From contig OY969706.1 in NCBI GenBank assembly GCA_963702095.1, positions 800,001 to 864,000 on the forward strand: a DNA stretch of 64,000 nucleotides. Direction: 5' to 3'. This stretch comes from Candidatus Bathyarchaeota archaeon (GTDB lineage Archaea; Thermoproteota; Bathyarchaeia; Bathyarchaeales; Bathycorpusculaceae). The notes under the pieces were generated by a model, which was given only the letters and a program-made list of their open reading frames with translations, was not told where the DNA came from and ran no database searches. Position 1 is the stretch's first letter. Every line of letters begins with the position of its first letter. The position numbers and the translations under genes are program-made. Positions 37,463 through 46,834 of this stretch are shown one piece after another.

Positions 37463-39405
37463 TTGCCGATTATTTCATACCTGAGCGACTATAGTGATTC
37501 TTACAGTTATATCCTTTTTTTGCCCTTCTTCGCAGGATTCCTTTTTTACTTAAAAAAAGACCTTGTTAATGCCTCAGTATCGGTAAACCAAACACAAAAA
37601 AGACAACTGCCGCAGTATTTTGACAAGCTTCTAGGAGTCATCCTGATTTTAACCGCAGTTATTTTCTACTGGTATGGCTCAAACACTTTTTACCCACTTG
37701 AGTACCACCTAAGCTAGCTTCCAATCTTCTTAGCAGGTGTTGTTCTGCTTCTCCTAAATCGCTATGCCCTTCGTGCTCTGATTTTTCCGATTCTGTTCCT
37801 GTTCTTTTTGGTTCCCATACCCTCCACTGTTCTCTATGCTGCCGGAGGAGCCATGGCTAATTTTAACACGCAAGTGGCTTTCGGCGTTTTAAGCGGTGTA
37901 CATGTGCCTGTTACTTTATCGACTTCTAATGGACCCCCACTTTGGTTCTAACAACTGCTGCGGGTACTCCCACTTCGTTCTCTGTTGACCTGCCCTGTTC
38001 CGGAATTTATTCGTTAATAGCGTTTGTCATGTTTGGGGCTTTCTTTGCGTTTGTCGCTCAGAATTCAGTATTTAAGAAGCTGCTGCTGTTTGCTTCCGGC
38101 TTCTTCGTGTTTGCTTTGCTTAATCTTCTACGTATTATAGGTATAATTTCAGTAGGTTACTGGCTGGGGGAAGAAGCAGCAATGTTTCTCCACTCCATAG
38201 CCGGATTAATCTTGATAGTTTTCGGCGCATTCTTGGTTTTAATAATATCTGATAAGCTTTTGAAAATGAAGATTCAGACAAGACCTCAAGAAATTCTGCC
38301 CTGCCCAAAATGCTCATCGAAGCCGATTAAGTTGAAGGCGTTCTGTGAGGGCTGCGGCAGATTTTTAGGGAGGAGAAACTGGGCGTTTTCTAAAAAGACT
38401 TATGTGACGATGTTGCTTCTGCTCTTGGCCTGTTTAATCGTTGTTCAAACGATTCAGGCGCCGACTTTTGTAACTGCTAAGGGCGAGATTGAGTATTCAT
38501 CAAGCAATGTGAACCAGGAACCAGTGAATCTTTTTCCCCCAATAACTGATTACCAACTCAGTTACCTCTACAGGGACACTGCTTATGAGCAGCTTACGGG
38601 TCAGGATTTGTCTGCAATGTACTATTACGGCGCTAAAAACAATTCAAAATTCAGCATCTACGCAGACATCGGCGTCGCGGGCAGTCTTACTGCCCTTCAC
38701 AACTGGGAATCCTGCTTAATATCCTACCAGACGGCTCAGGGACACAATCCTTTGGTCACAACTTTAGATCAAAGAGCAGTTGAGCTTCTCTCAGGCTCCA
38801 ATTTGGTTGCGCAGTTTCTCGCGTTCGACAACACGGATGGCACCCGACAGATAACGCTGTACTGGTTTGAGAAAGCAACCGTTAAAACAGGCGTAAGCGT
38901 GGAACAGAAGTACGTGCGTATTAGCTTGATTGTTCTTACCAACCAAACCACTGGCATCGCTGAACCGGAAAAAGAACTCTTCGACGCCGGGCAAGTTATA
39001 GCTGCTAAGTGGGAACCGCTTAAGAGTCAAGCGTTAATCAGCTTGGGTATTCCGGCTCAACAGGGGTTGCTGGCAGCGTTGAGCATCTTATTCGTCGGCG
39101 CATTCGCGGTGCAGTATTTTGCTGAGCAAAGAAAAATCGGCATCGACACAAAAATCTTTAGCAGCTACGGATCGGCAAAAGAGCGAATTGTTTTGGAGGC
39201 TATGAAGAACTTGTCTGGGAAAAACAAGAACCTGACAGGCGCAGAGATCACAGAGGCAGTTGCGGAGGCAAGGGGCAAAAAAGTGAGCGCTAAAGTGGTT
39301 CAGGCGGTTTTGCTTCGACTGGAACAGCATGGCTTTGTTAAGCGCAAGCTCGTTTCCATCGGCAACTCACCTAAGATCGTGTGGACGTATAGAAGCACAG
39401 AATAA
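37463..39405 (+). CDS. Exosortase/archaeosortase-family protein fused to a Zn ribbon, an EpsI-like domain and a C-terminal wHTH; in-frame TAG at 37715-37717
   Basis: FP..FL.F.VP.P, PCSG (Cys), NLLRI (Arg), FLH (His); CPKC..CEGC; LHNWESC; frame stays open after the TAG. Confidence 0.8.
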
Positions 39406-39436
39406 AGCTGCTTCCACCTCTGAGGGCAAGAATGCG

Positions 39437-39630
39437 TTTTTTCTCTTTATGTGGGTGTGGCGTTTTGCGGGGTGCCACAGGACTGGTTGTGGGCTGCGTT
39501 GTGTTTGGGGGGTGCAACAGTTTTTAGCGTCTGTTTCGGTGTGGATCTGCGTTTTCTTCCACACGCCTTGCATGGCGGCATGTTGAGTTGGGCCCATTTG
39601 GATGTGGAAGCATGTACCGTCGCTTTTTAC
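39437..39630 (-). repeat. Dispersed repeat family A, copy 3
   Basis: TTCTCTTTATGTGGGTGTGGCG...GCGTCTGTTTCGGTGTGG; near identical to copy 1. Confidence 0.9.
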
Positions 39631-39806
39631 TGTGCGCGAAATCAATGAGGAGCAAGGAACAGCACAGTACAATCGAGCACTAGCATAACCCAAACAAAAG
39701 CACACCGCTATCACACTCCGAACGCAATCCCCAATAAACATCCCCACAATCCAAAAAAAGCATTAACAGAATCAGCTAACCAAACGAACTAATTCTAATT
39801 GCTATT

Positions 39807-41357
39807 TTAACCTATTTCATCAGTGGGCTCGAACCTTTTTCTCTTTTTAAAAATCAAGGTTAACCCAACGGCAATAGCGGCTATGGGGGGTAATGCCAAG
39901 CCAGTAACGTATTTACCGTTAGAGCTTGGAGTGGGGTCGGCTGTTGAGGTTGTAGTGGGTAAGGGCGTAGGAGTTGATGTAGAGGGAGATGTTGTGGTAG
40001 ACCAAGGTGTCGGTGTTGGTGTCGGCGAAGTCGGCGTGGCTGTCGGGGTTGCTGTTGGATTTGGCGAAGAGGTTAGTTTTGGAGTAGTTGATGTCATCGG
40101 CGCCGGTATGGGGTTTGGCGTTGGCGAGACTGATGGATTAGGAGTTGATGAAGGGGTTAGAGTTGGACTTGGCGTTGGAGTTACCGACATGGTTGGTATA
40201 GGTGTAGGCGAGGGGGCAGGCGTTGTTATTTGGAGCCATTTTTGGTAAATCAAGCCTTGAGTATTGGGGCCCCCTGTTGAGTCAACAAACGCAAAGATAT
40301 TGATATCTCTAAACCACCAGACGCCCCAGCTCCATTTGTGATCAGAGAAAATATGCAAGATATTATCATACTGGGTCAGTTCAGACGGAGAACCCACCGT
40401 TATTCCCATTTCACCGAAGTAAATGGGATAAAGCTTGGAAGCATCTAACACTCCGCTGGCAGTGAAAGCATTCATTAAACCAGTGTAATCTGTCGGGTTC
40501 CCCCAAGCGCCAAGATGTCCAAAGTGGGTGTACAGATGGAATGAGAGCACAAAGTTGTTGTCAGGGATGCTTTGAACGTATGGCAAGTAATCACTTACAT
40601 TGATTCCTCCCCAGTTGCCGTCAATGACAAATGGTTGTTGGGCCCCAGAGTTTCGGGAATTAGCAATTATTGGGTTCACCACATTGGCAAAAAAGTCCGC
40701 TCTGGCTGCTTCACCCGCGTAAATGTCAGCGTGAGGTTCATTCCATACTTCGAAAAGTACGTTGGGGTAACCTTTGAGGTCATTAACCAGTTGCCCATAG
40801 AAATCGATGAATGCTTGCTTACTTGGTATCACTGTTTCGGTGGCGGTTAATGTTTGGTATGATTGGTCTCCTTGATAGGGGGGATAGGGCAAAGCATTTG
40901 ATTGCCACTCACCCGATGGGTCACCACTATATAGAACGGACCATGGCGCGACTGTAACATAGATCCCGCGTTGTTGAGCTTGAGCGATAACGTAGCGTAA
41001 GTTGGCTCGGTTGTCATCCATATTTTTTAGCCATAGCTCCACTGACATCGTTATTCTAAGACTGTTAAATCCCCAATTCTGCATCAAATCAAGCTGCTCG
41101 GCTGCGGCTGAAATATCAAATGTGAAACCGCTTTTTGTCATCCAGCCGCCCTGCCCGTTATTTACGAAGTCACCTGTTGTTCCCCTCAGGACAACTGGGT
41201 TTCCAAGACTGTTAACAAGCTGGGTTCCCTGCCTATGAAGGGTGTCAGTTGATGCGAGAGGTGTTGGTGTCGATGCATCCACACTATACATTAGAAAACT
41301 AACCACTAAAAGGGCTATCAAAAGTAGGGCTGTTGTGCATTGCTTACTTTTTAGCAT
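39807..41357 (-). CDS. Secreted GH5 glycoside hydrolase with Pro/Thr linker and C-terminal TM anchor
   Basis: Signal peptide, GFN.LR, EVWNEP (acid/base), SFHLY, GEMG (nucleophile), PT repeats, TM + KKRKR. Confidence 0.88.
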   Translation of the reverse strand: MLKSKQCTTALLLIALLVVSFLMYSVDASTPTPLASTDTLHRQGTQLVNSLGNPVVLRGTTGDFVNNGQGGWMTKSGFTFDISAAAEQLDLMQNWGFNSLRITMSVELWLKNMDDNRANLRYVIAQAQQRGIYVTVAPWSVLYSGDPSGEWQSNALPYPPYQGDQSYQTLTATETVIPSKQAFIDFYGQLVNDLKGYPNVLFEVWNEPHADIYAGEAARADFFANVVNPIIANSRNSGAQQPFVIDGNWGGINVSDYLPYVQSIPDNNFVLSFHLYTHFGHLGAWGNPTDYTGLMNAFTASGVLDASKLYPIYFGEMGITVGSPSELTQYDNILHIFSDHKWSWGVWWFRDINIFAFVDSTGGPNTQGLIYQKWLQITTPAPSPTPIPTMSVTPTPSPTLTPSSTPNPSVSPTPNPIPAPMTSTTPKLTSSPNPTATPTATPTSPTPTPTPWSTTTSPSTSTPTPLPTTTSTADPTPSSNGKYVTGLALPPIAAIAVGLTLIFKKRKRFEPTDEIG

Positions 41358-41563
41358 TGGGATGCCAACTTTTTGCAGGCACTACGCTTCGATCAAATTT
41401 AAGCCTTTACGGTTTAAGGGCAATCGGGTGTATAACAGTCGATGTAGCAGTTTATTATACCGTTTCTGCAATAGGCAATCAACTTAGCTGGTGCCCTGAC
41501 TTGAAAAGAACTGCTTTATACTGGTGCTCTATACTTTCAAGGGTTCAAGGAGAGCAGTGATAG

Positions 41564-41893
41564 TTGCAGTTGGAAGAGATGAAAAAAGAAATCGAAGCCT
41601 TAGTCATCGCTAAAGGATTCTACAATAAACCTGAGGACATCCCCAAAAAGTTGCTTTTCGCGTTTATCGAGCTAGGCGAAGCCAGCGACGCATGGAAGAA
41701 GGGGCTGGGTGAAGAAAAGCTCGCTGAGGAACTCATCGACGTAATCTTCTACATCCTCGACGCCAGCCGCTTAGCGTGCCCCCGCATGAACATGGATGAA
41801 GTTTTCGCCAAGAAACTCGCCAAGAACTTGGGCAGACCCTACCAGTACGGCGAGGGACACCGCAGCAATCAGAGCGGGGAAACCCAAAAGTAA
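41564..41893 (+). CDS. MazG-like NTP pyrophosphohydrolase
   Basis: ELGE...A..K...EEL.D. Confidence 0.85.
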   Translation: MQLEEMKKEIEALVIAKGFYNKPEDIPKKLLFAFIELGEASDAWKKGLGEEKLAEELIDVIFYILDASRLACPRMNMDEVFAKKLAKNLGRPYQYGEGHRSNQSGETQK

Positions 41894-41938
41894 CGCCAAG
41901 TTTTTATCCGCAAGCCGCGGATATGGTGTTGATTCACC

Positions 41939-42361
41939 GTGGACTTCACCTATCCCCCCAACGTCTCTTTCGCCTGCAATGGCTGCGGCTTGTGCTGTGG
42001 CGATACAGACCACAAACGGCGGCATATACTGCTGCTGGAAAGCGAAGCCGAAGAGATATCTGCGCAAACCGGGTTGCCCATCGAGGACTTTGCAGTTGAA
42101 TCAAACGGTACCCAACCATACATCTATGAAATGAAGAAGGTTGAGGGCGACTGTATCTTCCTAAAAAAAAACCGATGCAACATCTATGAGCATAGGGCGC
42201 TGATTTGCAGGTTCTACCCCTTTGAACTAAAGTTTGACGTGAACAGAAACATGCATGTTTTCACTTTTACCCTTGAGTGCCCAACCATTAATACGGGCAG
42301 GGCGCTTTCCAAAAAGGATTTTGAGGAACTTTTCGAGTTGGCTAAGCAGCGTTTGCTTTAA
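41939..42361 (+). CDS. YkgJ-family CxxCxxCC cysteine-cluster protein
   Basis: CNGCGLCC, CIFL...C.IYE.R..CRFYPF. Confidence 0.88.
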   Translation: MDFTYPPNVSFACNGCGLCCGDTDHKRRHILLLESEAEEISAQTGLPIEDFAVESNGTQPYIYEMKKVEGDCIFLKKNRCNIYEHRALICRFYPFELKFDVNRNMHVFTFTLECPTINTGRALSKKDFEELFELAKQRLL

Positions 42362-42854
42362 GCTGCCCCAGCACATCAGCCTGCTCGAGGGTGACGCCGC
42401 AGTAGTGGCATTTCAGCACAAGCGGCTCCTCATGTTTGACCTCGAATCGGGTGTGGATGGGTTCTTCGCTGTTGCTTACGCATTGGGGATTGGCGCATTT
42501 GAGGATGCCCTCTATGGTGTGGGGGAGCTTAACTTCCAGTTTTTTGATGACCTCATAGTTCTGAATAATGTTAATCGAGGCGTGTGGTGCGACAAGGGCG
42601 ATGCGGTTTACTTCTTGGGGGCTAAGTGCTTTGCCTTCGATTTTTATGATGTCTTTGGCGCCGAAGCTTTTACTGGGTACATTAATCGCAATGGTCATCA
42701 CACGTCCTTCTTTGCCTGTTATCCCCAAAATTTTAATCACGTCAAGTGCGAAGCCGCCGCGGATGTGATCGATGACTGTGCCGTCTTTGATTTTTGAAAC
42801 CCGAAGTTCCCTCTCACTCATAGCAGTCCCAAAAGAAGGCATTGCATACGCCAA
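42342..42854 (-). CDS. pyrI: Aspartate carbamoyltransferase regulatory subunit
   Basis: V..I..GTVIDHI, KD.IKIE, C.NP.CVSN, CHYC. Confidence 0.95.
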   Translation of the reverse strand: MAYAMPSFGTAMSERELRVSKIKDGTVIDHIRGGFALDVIKILGITGKEGRVMTIAINVPSKSFGAKDIIKIEGKALSPQEVNRIALVAPHASINIIQNYEVIKKLEVKLPHTIEGILKCANPQCVSNSEEPIHTRFEVKHEEPLVLKCHYCGVTLEQADVLGQLKANAA

Positions 42855-42881
42855 GATAAGAGTTTACCGAAAAAAGGGCGG

Positions 42882-43595
42882 TTAAGAACGGAGGTTGATG
42901 ACGGTTGTTCCCGAGAACTTGTCAAAGTACCGCATGAACGCGTCGTTTTTGATGCGCCAACCAAACAGCAAATCAAACGGCAAAAGCGGCAGGACTTTGC
43001 CGAAGTTGCGGACGGCTGCGTGGTCGTAACTCATTTTTTTGCCGTCTGTGCGCACGACTTTGATGCCGATGATGCGTTTGCCTATGCTTTGGCCGTTGAA
43101 GCCTTCCAGAAGGGTGGAGTAGAGCCAGAGCAAGCCGATTGTGATGAAAAGTGCGGTGCCAACGGTGTTGGATAAGAACAGGGAGATGTCTGGTGAAATT
43201 AAGCCGGGGACAACGATGATGGTCATGGTTATTGCAAGGATTAATCCGAAGTCTATGAGGAAAGCGAACATGCGATTCCTGAAAGACGCCAGGGGAAGTG
43301 AACTCGCTCTGCCCTGTACGTCGGCGGCTTCTGCCCAGCCTTCGACATCGTGGATGATACGGACTGCGCTTTCTCCTGCTCGGCTAAGCTTGTATTTGCC
43401 ATTTGGGGTTTGCTCTATGAAAGGTGCGAGGGCGCGGAGGTGGAAGCTGAGTTTGCCTGTGTCGACTTTAAGCATGTTCAGCAAATCTGTGAAGGAGGAC
43501 TCACCGTTGTTACTAAGATCAAGTAGTATGTCCCTTCGCAATGGATGGGATAGGACTGAAAGTACCTTGGAAACATTTTCTTGGTTTACTGCCAT
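42882..43595 (-). CDS. wHTH-RDD fusion membrane protein
   Basis: LSHP.RR.IL, L.FHL; R..AFLID, GQS.GK...G.KVV. Confidence 0.85.
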   Translation of the reverse strand: MAVNQENVSKVLSVLSHPLRRDILLDLSNNGESSFTDLLNMLKVDTGKLSFHLRALAPFIEQTPNGKYKLSRAGESAVRIIHDVEGWAEAADVQGRASSLPLASFRNRMFAFLIDFGLILAITMTIIVVPGLISPDISLFLSNTVGTALFITIGLLWLYSTLLEGFNGQSIGKRIIGIKVVRTDGKKMSYDHAAVRNFGKVLPLLPFDLLFGWRIKNDAFMRYFDKFSGTTVINLRS

Positions 43596-43760
43596 TTTAT
43601 AGACCAGGGAGTTTTACTAATCAATGATATCTATTTGGTGCACACGTTTGGCATATAGCCCATTTAATTCCGTTTCTCCCATATAAGCAACACCTAAAAA
43701 AAGGCAAAATACACCGTCGACTAGTTTAATAGTGAAAAACAACCTATTAAACGATTAGTT

Positions 43761-44660
43761 ATGTCAAGCGCCGACACAGCAGTCAAAATATTTCGGGAAC
43801 TGGAAAGCGAAGACTTCAGAATACTCCACATCATCGAAGCAGCCATGGCAAAAAGGGAATTCGTCCCCATAGAACAAATAGAAAAATACAGCAAAGTCCC
43901 CCTCGACCGCATCACCTACACCCTTGGCAAACTAGACAAACTAAACCTAATCTACCGAACCCGCACCGCCTACACAGGATACACCCTAAACTACGCCGGA
44001 TACGACTGCCTCGCCATAAACGCCCTTGTAAAAGCAGACATCATCAGCTCTTTTGGGCAAACCCTAGGAGTCGGCAAAGAAGCAGACGTTTACGACGCAC
44101 TCAGCCAAAGCGGCAAGCGCATAGCAGTCAAGTTCCACCGGTTAGGCAGAATCAGTTTTAGGCAAACCCGACGCAAACGCGGCTACATCCGGGAGCATTC
44201 AACATGGCTTTTCCAGTCGCATATAGCGGCGGAGAAAGAGTTTCAAGCCATGAAATTAGCCTACCAAAACGGAGTGGCAGTTCCAGAACCCCTCAGCCAA
44301 AACCGCCACGTCATCGCCATGGGCATGATTGAAGGTGGCGAATTAGGCAAATACAAAGACATAGGCAAACCCGAAAAAGTGCTGCGGGAAATCCTGCGCA
44401 ACGTCAAAAAAGCCTACACAAAAGCCCACCTTATACATGCAGACCTAAGTGAATACAACATTATTTTGCAGCCTGACGGGCACATTTTGATTATTGATTG
44501 GCCCCAAGCAGTAAAAACTGACCATGCCAACGCGGCGGAGTTGCTTGAGAGGGATTTGAGAAATGTGCTGACGTTTTTTTACCGTAAATTCAGCTTGGAA
44601 TTGGCTGTGGAAGAAGCTTGCCAATACGTGGTGGGGGAAGCAGGTCGCTTGCCCGTTTAG
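43761..44660 (+). CDS. rio2: RIO2-family Ser/Thr kinase
   Basis: GYD.LA, GVGKEADVY, KFHRLG..SF, HADLSEYNI, IIDWPQ. Confidence 0.93.
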   Translation: MSSADTAVKIFRELESEDFRILHIIEAAMAKREFVPIEQIEKYSKVPLDRITYTLGKLDKLNLIYRTRTAYTGYTLNYAGYDCLAINALVKADIISSFGQTLGVGKEADVYDALSQSGKRIAVKFHRLGRISFRQTRRKRGYIREHSTWLFQSHIAAEKEFQAMKLAYQNGVAVPEPLSQNRHVIAMGMIEGGELGKYKDIGKPEKVLREILRNVKKAYTKAHLIHADLSEYNIILQPDGHILIIDWPQAVKTDHANAAELLERDLRNVLTFFYRKFSLELAVEEACQYVVGEAGRLPV

Positions 44661-44905
44661 TGTATGTTGGCGTTTAGAACAATGTAGAGGACGTTGTTTC
44701 CGCGGAGAAGCACGTTGCCGTAGTTGGTCATTAACTGGTCTTCTTTGACTTCGGTGGCGCCTTCCAAGAGAATGTTCATGTGGCCGTTGACCTTGATCAT
44801 TTTTCCCTTGTATTCATAGCCGTTTTTGAGAACAACCTCGATATTGCCATGTAACTGTTTAATGAGCACGTTTAATGGTTTTTTACTTGGTTCCATCATC
44901 GACAT
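44657..44905 (-). CDS. Sm/Lsm-like RNA-binding protein
   Basis: V.LKNG..Y.G.......MN..L, G.V.LRG.NV. Confidence 0.93.
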   Translation of the reverse strand: MSMMEPSKKPLNVLIKQLHGNIEVVLKNGYEYKGKMIKVNGHMNILLEGATEVKEDQLMTNYGNVLLRGNNVLYIVLNANIH

Positions 44906-45241
44906 TACTGGTCACTGTCCAATGCTGTTTAATATGCAAGAACCTCCTACCAAATATAAAAGCCTTATGAATACGGGTACTGTCAACTCTACGTCTGTTG
45001 CCTTTCCATGTAAACTTTCGTCTGTTTATGGGTTAAATAAAAGAAAGAATTGCGGGGCTAACCTTGTGATTTCTGTCGAGCCGAGCATTTGAGTTCTGAG
45101 CGATAAGCGGGTTGGCTGTCTGAGTGCTGAGCAAATACGGCTAGGAAAACGGATAAAAAATAGTAGAGGGATAGCGGAGAACTCACGCCTTTAATCATGC
45201 CCTGCTTGCACCGAGACAAGTCGCAATATTGTCCGTGAGTC

Positions 45242-45555
45242 TTATCCGCTACCCTTTCTCTCTTTGCTAGCGTTTTGAATCAGAGTTAACCACTTATTTT
45301 TGCCTTCAACTTTAATTCCACATGCTTCGGCTGGGGTTCTGCCTTCAAGTGCCATGTGAGGGCGAACATAGTTATGGAAAATCTGGTAGCCTTGAAGAAT
45401 AGGGGTTTCGTTGATTTTTAAGCCCCGCATTGTCTTTTCTCGGTCACGGATTTCACCATTCAACCGTTCCATTTTGTTGTTGTTCTTGTCGCCTCGGATA
45501 GTGATGTGCGCCGAATATGCTGAGTTTGGGTTCTTTTTACTGTAAAACGCTTTTA
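45242..45555 (-). mobile_element. C-terminal relic of a DDE transposase (IS6/IS1-like)
   Basis: NNNKMERLNGEIRDREK.MRGLK...YQIFHNYVRPH.AL.G.TPAE; no N-terminal part. Confidence 0.75.
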
Positions 45556-45606
45556 AAAAATTCAGTTGCGTAATTTTACTCCAGAAAAGAGGGGAAGGTT
45601 GGGAGA

Positions 45607-45897
45607 CTACAGTTTCGCTATGATCGAGAGCGCCGCAACCACCAGGAATGCTATGCCTGTCCAGAACAAGTCGCCGCCAGTTAGGAAATACACTATCAAC
45701 GCAACGATAATCGCGGGGATAAGCACTATGAAGAGTTTGACGAGAACAATGATGACTAAACCGATGATTACCAATACGATAAGAAGAGTCAAATCCAACC
45801 CGCTGATTCCCAAACTGTCCAGTACTGAGTGAACAATCGCCATCATAAGAGGCACAAAATACATTGCTTTCTCCTCAAAAGAGGTTATAGCAAGCAA
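45607..45897 (-). CDS. Small hydrophobic membrane protein
   Basis: Almost entirely hydrophobic, 96 aa. Confidence 0.65.
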   Translation of the reverse strand: MLAITSFEEKAMYFVPLMMAIVHSVLDSLGISGLDLTLLIVLVIIGLVIIVLVKLFIVLIPAIIVALIVYFLTGGDLFWTGIAFLVVAALSIIAKL

Positions 45898-45931
45898 GTA
45901 ATATGCTTTTTGGGAAATTAAGCGCTAACCC

Positions 45932-46402
45932 TTAAGCCATTTTGCCCCGAAGCTTACTTAGCACCTCGTCCTCTACCCACTTCTCACCCTGCAATGTCAA
46001 CTTGAAATCAGGCTTGTTAGGATCAGGCTTGAACACTTGGCCACGCTTGGTCATTTCGTTTAGGCGGGCGGGCACCATAACTTTGATTCCGCTGGACTCC
46101 AAAAGCTTCTGCACCCCCGCGGCAGTGTTACGCCGATCGTCCGAGGCATAAAGGATCAAGCCCACGGATTCATAGTGAGTCAAGTTTTCCCTTGTAACGA
46201 TTACTGGTCCTTCGGTGGTGGTTTCGACGATGCCTTTTAGCTGCGCTCCAGAGGGGGTCAGGCGGTTGGTGACGAAATCAGAGAGTTTTTCGGTAAAGTC
46301 TTCAGGTATGCTGCCCAGCATGTCGAGGATTTCCTGGGGGGTTTCGCCTTCGATTATGACTTCGCCGAAAGGGGTTTTGATGCGGGCTTCAATGTGTTTC
46401 AA
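45932..46402 (-). CDS. Hypothetical protein with probable wHTH C-terminus
   Basis: ARLNEM.K.G.V, FKLT..G. Confidence 0.7.
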   Translation of the reverse strand: MKHIEARIKTPFGEVIIEGETPQEILDMLGSIPEDFTEKLSDFVTNRLTPSGAQLKGIVETTTEGPVIVTRENLTHYESVGLILYASDDRRNTAAGVQKLLESSGIKVMVPARLNEMTKRGQVFKPDPNKPDFKLTLQGEKWVEDEVLSKLRGKMA

Positions 46403-46683
46403 CGGTTGTGCCTCATAGGGCTATATGGTGTACTATGCTTTTTAGGATTTGCGACAGGTTTACAGCAAAGCGCCTAAACAAATGCTTATCAAGCTATCAC
46501 CCACACAACCAAAAAAGGAATCAAATGCAGGTTGGTTTCCAAGCCAGACTTGAACCGGCGACCCTTGGTGCATAAAGCCAAACGTCCTAATGGCTCAGGT
46601 GGTTGTGTTTTTGCTTAAGGGGTTGAGTGTTTTAGGGGTTAAGTTCGGGTTGCTTTGGCGGATCTTAGAGAAGATTGGTGTTG

Positions 46684-46805
46684 ATTGCACAACCAGCCAG
46701 CAACGTGGATTAAACGCCAAAACAGAAGCAGCGTCTCTTAAACAAGCCGTTGGTTGTTGTTGTGCATAGCAGGTTTCTGCCAACAACAACTATAATAAAA
46801 CAACC
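46684..46805 (-). repeat. Dispersed repeat family B, copy 4
   Basis: CACAACCAGCCAGCAAC...GTTGTTGTTGTGCATAGCAGGTTTCTGCCAACAACAACTA. Confidence 0.85.
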
Positions 46806-46834
46806 AAAACACAAAATGAACCCCTAAAAAAGGG

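Noticed and set aside
39823-40248. Gly/Val-rich plus-strand ORF or tandem repeat array
   Set aside because: Antisense shadow of the GH5 Pro/Thr linker.
42255-42797. 180-aa plus-strand ORF
   Set aside because: Antisense to pyrI; the same applies to the many ORFs nested in gatE, lhr, apgM and rqcH.
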